Below, one piece after another: positions 60,091-64,000 of a stretch of 64,000 bases of DNA. The stretch is from a virus. Lineage: Duplodnaviria; Caudoviricetes. A program made the position numbers and the translations under genes. The notes beneath the pieces were generated by a model, which was not told the origin of the DNA, made no database searches, and saw nothing but the letters and a program-made list of their open reading frames with translations. Positions within the stretch are counted from its first letter, which is position 1; each line of letters starts with the position of its first letter. The stretch lies in IMG/VR virus record IMGVR_UViG_3300037418_001301, positions 1-64,000 of that record, one strand, 5' to 3'.

Positions 60091-62613
60091 ATGGCAATGC
60101 TCGCGAGGACAGATCCCCAAGTCATCGCGGGCGAAGCTGTGCGCGGCTCCCTGCAAGAACGCTTCCAAGACATGCTGAACATTGCCAGCGTGGCTTACAA
60201 TCGCGCCAAGATGACTGACACGACGATGAGCGATCAGTTCTCCGCCCCCGGCCAGTTCAACGCCTATGGCCAAAAGATGCCGCCCGGCACGCGCTCGCTT
60301 GTCGGACTGGCTCAAGCGGCGATTGATCAGGTCAACAAATACGGCCCTGTCAACAACGCAACTTACTACGCAACGCCGGCTGCGGTTGGCAATCTGCCCA
60401 GCAATCTTTCGCTGGAAACGGCAACCGTTGGCCATCAATACTTTTCGGACCCACTGAACCGCGGCATTATTACCGCCCAAGGCACTCTCGTTCCAGACCC
60501 TTCAAAGCTTGGGTTGGAAGCTAAGATGGTGACAACGACGCCAGACGTCGTGACTGCCCCGGTTGATCCTGCATTCGCTGCCTCTGGCTTGCTGGCCGGG
60601 TCGCCACTCGCCACGCTTGGCGCTCCCGTCGCCACGCCGACTGCCGAGAATTACGCCGGGACGGGCCTTGAAGGCTACGCAGCGGTTCCGAGCACACTTG
60701 GCAATGTGCCGGCGGAAGCGGATGCAGGTGCATCTCTTGGGCTTGATGCAAACGCCAGGATAAGCTCGCTCATAGACAACGCTTCGCCATTTGAGCGCAT
60801 GGGCGTGCCTGTTTCATCGTTCCCGTCCCTGGCGGGAACAGGGCCATTCAGCGCGTCGATGGATGTAAATGCCTCGCTCGGTGGAATGAAACAGCCGAAC
60901 CTTGCCGCATCTGCCAGTGTGCCGATGTCGGCCGCACTGTTTTCGCCGACGATGTCCACGCCAACTCTGAACAGTTTTGCCGAAATGGCGGCGGCTAAGC
61001 CGATGGCTACGCCCATAGACGCTTCTGTCTCTGCGCAGCTTGGCCTTCCTTCGCCTATGGAGGCCTCTGCAGTCGCGCAGCCGAACCAGAGCATGCCAAC
61101 GGTCAACTCTTGGTCAGATGTCGCTGCAGCAAGCCCTATTCAGGCACCAGAGGCAAGCGGTATCAATTCGCCAGAAATGCAGGCGATGCGGGAAAGCGTT
61201 GCCGAGCATCTCGCCAATATGAAATCGATCACGGCCAGCCCCACGAAGAACGGCTATGTGGATATGGCAAATGCCGGGCCTATGGCAATCGGCGTCCCGG
61301 CCGATCCGAATGCGTCATTGGGCGTTGGTGCAGAGTTGGCAGCCACAGGCGCGGCAACGCCGGTCAACAACGAGACACCATCGCAGCGCATGGATATCGG
61401 CCCGGCTGGCTTCGACCCGAGCCGCTTTGGCGACGTGACAGCGAAGAATTTTGACCCAGCGCGCTATGGGACGCCATCCGCTTTAGATCAGGTAATGTCG
61501 ACGCCAACCAGTTATCTCGACGCGCCGGCAATAGCCTCCACTACACCAACACCTACGACAACCACTGCAACGCCAAGCCTCAATTCGCTCGTCGGCCCTG
61601 CCGCGGACGAAGCCTATGCCAATGCTCAACTGGCAAGTTACAACACGCCTTCAGTCCCCGCGATGGCGTCAGACGGTTTGCTTGGAGCGCCAGCCTCAAT
61701 CCAGTCCGTCGTAAACCCAACAACGGTCCCAGGCGCAAGCATTCCGTCCGTCAACGCACCAAGTCTGCCATCATCGACCTTAGACACGCCAAGCATCGCG
61801 GCCGATCCCAATGTCTCGTTGACAAGTCCATCGTTGATCAGCTCCACGCCTATTTCGAACGTGACCGCGCCACAGGTCGTAGACTCAACGCCAGCAGTAA
61901 CCAGCCAAGTTACCGCACCATCGTTGACATCCTCGCTCAAGGCCCCGAACAACTCGATCTCCAGCACAACATCTGCATCGCCGATGCATACTGCGATGGA
62001 TGTCTGGGGCGGATTGGCGACAACGGGTATCGCAACGGATGGCTCGACCGTGTCGCGCCTGGATGACGGAACGATCGGCCGATACAATCCGGCATTTGAC
62101 CACACCGAATTTACCAACCCAGACGGCTCTTATGGCGGCATGAAGAAGGGCAATGTGCTTGGGCAAACGGACCCAAATGCCTCACTGTCTTCGCCGTCGA
62201 TTTCGAGCACGTCAAGCACCGCACCGGGGTCTTCGCTTAATGGCGGGCTTTCGCGGCTTTCAAACTCGATCTTCAGCGGCGGCACTCTTGGTGCGCTAGC
62301 CGGGGGCCTTCTCGGTACTGCACTTGCAGGCCCAATCGGCGGAATTGCGCTCGGCATGGTCGGACAGAAGTTGGGCGGCAATTATCTCGGCGATCAAGTC
62401 CCGGATGAAAGCCCGATGCACTCGCTCTTCGGTCTGCTGACCGGCAGCCCAGCGCCGGGTGCCACAACGACATCCTCGTCAGCACTTGGCGGCGGTGGCG
62501 GAACTTATGGATCTCCTAGCCACGGTTCTACCAGCCCCGGCGGCGGTGGCGGCGTCAACGGGACATCGACTGGCCCCGGCGGCGGTGGCGGCTTCAGCCC
62601 CGGACTCTTCTAA
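60091..62613 (+). CDS. SleB-like cell wall hydrolase fused to a long S/T/P/A-rich region and glycine zipper
   Basis: VIAGEA, VAYNR, QF.A, ATYY, VGHQYF; C-terminal GGTLGALAGGLLGTALAGPIGG. Confidence 0.75.
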   Translation: MAMLARTDPQVIAGEAVRGSLQERFQDMLNIASVAYNRAKMTDTTMSDQFSAPGQFNAYGQKMPPGTRSLVGLAQAAIDQVNKYGPVNNATYYATPAAVGNLPSNLSLETATVGHQYFSDPLNRGIITAQGTLVPDPSKLGLEAKMVTTTPDVVTAPVDPAFAASGLLAGSPLATLGAPVATPTAENYAGTGLEGYAAVPSTLGNVPAEADAGASLGLDANARISSLIDNASPFERMGVPVSSFPSLAGTGPFSASMDVNASLGGMKQPNLAASASVPMSAALFSPTMSTPTLNSFAEMAAAKPMATPIDASVSAQLGLPSPMEASAVAQPNQSMPTVNSWSDVAAASPIQAPEASGINSPEMQAMRESVAEHLANMKSITASPTKNGYVDMANAGPMAIGVPADPNASLGVGAELAATGAATPVNNETPSQRMDIGPAGFDPSRFGDVTAKNFDPARYGTPSALDQVMSTPTSYLDAPAIASTTPTPTTTTATPSLNSLVGPAADEAYANAQLASYNTPSVPAMASDGLLGAPASIQSVVNPTTVPGASIPSVNAPSLPSSTLDTPSIAADPNVSLTSPSLISSTPISNVTAPQVVDSTPAVTSQVTAPSLTSSLKAPNNSISSTTSASPMHTAMDVWGGLATTGIATDGSTVSRLDDGTIGRYNPAFDHTEFTNPDGSYGGMKKGNVLGQTDPNASLSSPSISSTSSTAPGSSLNGGLSRLSNSIFSGGTLGALAGGLLGTALAGPIGGIALGMVGQKLGGNYLGDQVPDESPMHSLFGLLTGSPAPGATTTSSSALGGGGGTYGSPSHGSTSPGGGGGVNGTSTGPGGGGGFSPGLF

Positions 62614-62630
62614 CAAAAAGAGAAAATCAG

Positions 62631-64000
62631 ATGCCAAGCAATTATCCTTTCCTGGTGGCCCTGAACGGGACACTAACGGAAGCGGCTGCGCTCGCAGGCG
62701 AGTTGCCAGAAAACCTGCGGGATGCTGCGGATGTCTATTCCAAGGAGGAGATAACCGGGGCATCTCTCGCCACCTCCGGCGTCTCTACGCTTGTGGGGGT
62801 GGATGGGAGTGGGGGGATTGTTCGCATGGCACCGGGATACGTCACTCCCGAAATGCACAATGCGAAAGGTGACGGCGCAGCAAACGACACAGCAGCGCTG
62901 ACGGCGGCGCTTGCTGTCGGTCTTCCTCTCCGTCTTACAAAAGGTAAAAATTACAAGGTCACAAACCTTATTCTATCTTCAGGCACCATTCTTGATCTCA
63001 ATGGCGCGACGATCACGGCATATGCGGGCGCGACCAATATCCTGGAATTTGCAGACGACGCCACCGACGTCGCGGTCAGTGGGCCAGGGTATATCAACTG
63101 CAACTCCATCGCAGCTTATGGCATTTTCGCAGAAGGCACGGCTGCGAAAAGGATTGACATCAACAACCTGCACATCAATGCGCCAACCTCGGATGGCATT
63201 CGCATCCGGCAGGCATCCGATATCAGCATTTCCGATAATACGGTTGACAGTCCTGGCCAACATGGCATTTGCCTCACGACAACCGCGCTCGATTTCTCAA
63301 TCGACAACAACAAGATTTATAATCCGGCCGGCGCTGGCATTATCTTTTCCGTTGGCGTGAAAGGCTCGATCAAAGGCAACGTGATCCACCAGCCTGGCCC
63401 TAGTGGTGACGGCATCACCGGCTATTCCGTGGACAATGCTGATGTCGAGATTTCCGGCAACACGATTGTGGATTCGGAAAATCACGGCATCCATGTCGGC
63501 GGTCAGCGCATCAGGATCATTGGCAATCTGGTAAACGGCGCGAGCGCAAACGATGGCATACTCATCGGCGCGACAACGACCGGAAGCTCTACCGATCCTC
63601 ATGCCGACAGCAATCATTGCGTCATGTCGGGAAATGTTGTGACTGGCGCACTTCAAAACGCGCTGTATTTCCGCGACGTCTATTACAGTTCCATGACTGC
63701 GAACGTGGCGACGGGCACAACAACTGGCGTTCAGGTCAATATCGAAACATCGTCCTTTAACACCATCACTGGGAACGTTGCTCAAGGCGGCGCAAGTCAT
63801 GGCTTCTACCTGCATGGCGGAACGTACAACACGCTTACCGGCAATATGTCGAAGGCCAATCTCGGCAACGCGTATAGGCTTGAGGACAATTCCGGCACAG
63901 GATCGACGCACAACGTCCTGACAGCCAACATGTCCAAGGATGACAATCGCGGCTTTATCGAATCAACGAATTCTGACTACAACTACTTCGTTGACAACGT
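62631..64000 (+). CDS. Tailspike / right-handed beta-helix protein (partial)
   Basis: Read manually from the ATG at 62631, open to the edge: AKGDGAANDTAAL, then repeated I.GN.I/V...GI parallel beta-helix units. Confidence 0.85.
   Translation, partial: MPSNYPFLVALNGTLTEAAALAGELPENLRDAADVYSKEEITGASLATSGVSTLVGVDGSGGIVRMAPGYVTPEMHNAKGDGAANDTAALTAALAVGLPLRLTKGKNYKVTNLILSSGTILDLNGATITAYAGATNILEFADDATDVAVSGPGYINCNSIAAYGIFAEGTAAKRIDINNLHINAPTSDGIRIRQASDISISDNTVDSPGQHGICLTTTALDFSIDNNKIYNPAGAGIIFSVGVKGSIKGNVIHQPGPSGDGITGYSVDNADVEISGNTIVDSENHGIHVGGQRIRIIGNLVNGASANDGILIGATTTGSSTDPHADSNHCVMSGNVVTGALQNALYFRDVYYSSMTANVATGTTTGVQVNIETSSFNTITGNVAQGGASHGFYLHGGTYNTLTGNMSKANLGNAYRLEDNSGTGSTHNVLTANMSKDDNRGFIESTNSDYNYFVDN

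Overview
The whole 64 kb window is one temperate phage or prophage segment of an Alphaproteobacterium (Rhizobiaceae-like; inferred from gene content and TTGAC-N17-TATA-type promoters). It is truncated at both ends, and no integrase, lysis cassette, tRNA or CRISPR array was seen. Layout: (1) a leftward early operon (1-9683) with Bet recombinase, an HNH, an orphan adenine methyltransferase and many small ORFs; (2) an immunity region with cI/cro and a repeated TTGACTGAA operator (9744-11200); (3) a rightward early/middle operon with an RlmN/Cfr-like radical SAM enzyme, a MotA/ExbB + ExbD/MotB-like three-gene membrane cassette, a RuvC-like resolvase, a second MTase, DnaB, a PAPS-reductase-like protein, a deoxyribonucleotidase and a RepL-like protein; (4) a ~340-nt highly structured non-coding RNA candidate (29065-29405); (5) a podovirus-type morphogenesis module with terS, terL, portal, scaffold, N4-gp56-type major capsid, adaptor, tail tube/stabiliser, ejection proteins, a 2726-aa polyvalent protein, a SleB-like hydrolase fusion and the start of a beta-helix tailspike. 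Best-supported surprise: the major capsid gene is split into three exons by two group I introns (41980-42958 and 43617-43935), and the first carries an HNH endonuclease on the antisense strand. All family assignments come from motif recognition by eye, without database searches.
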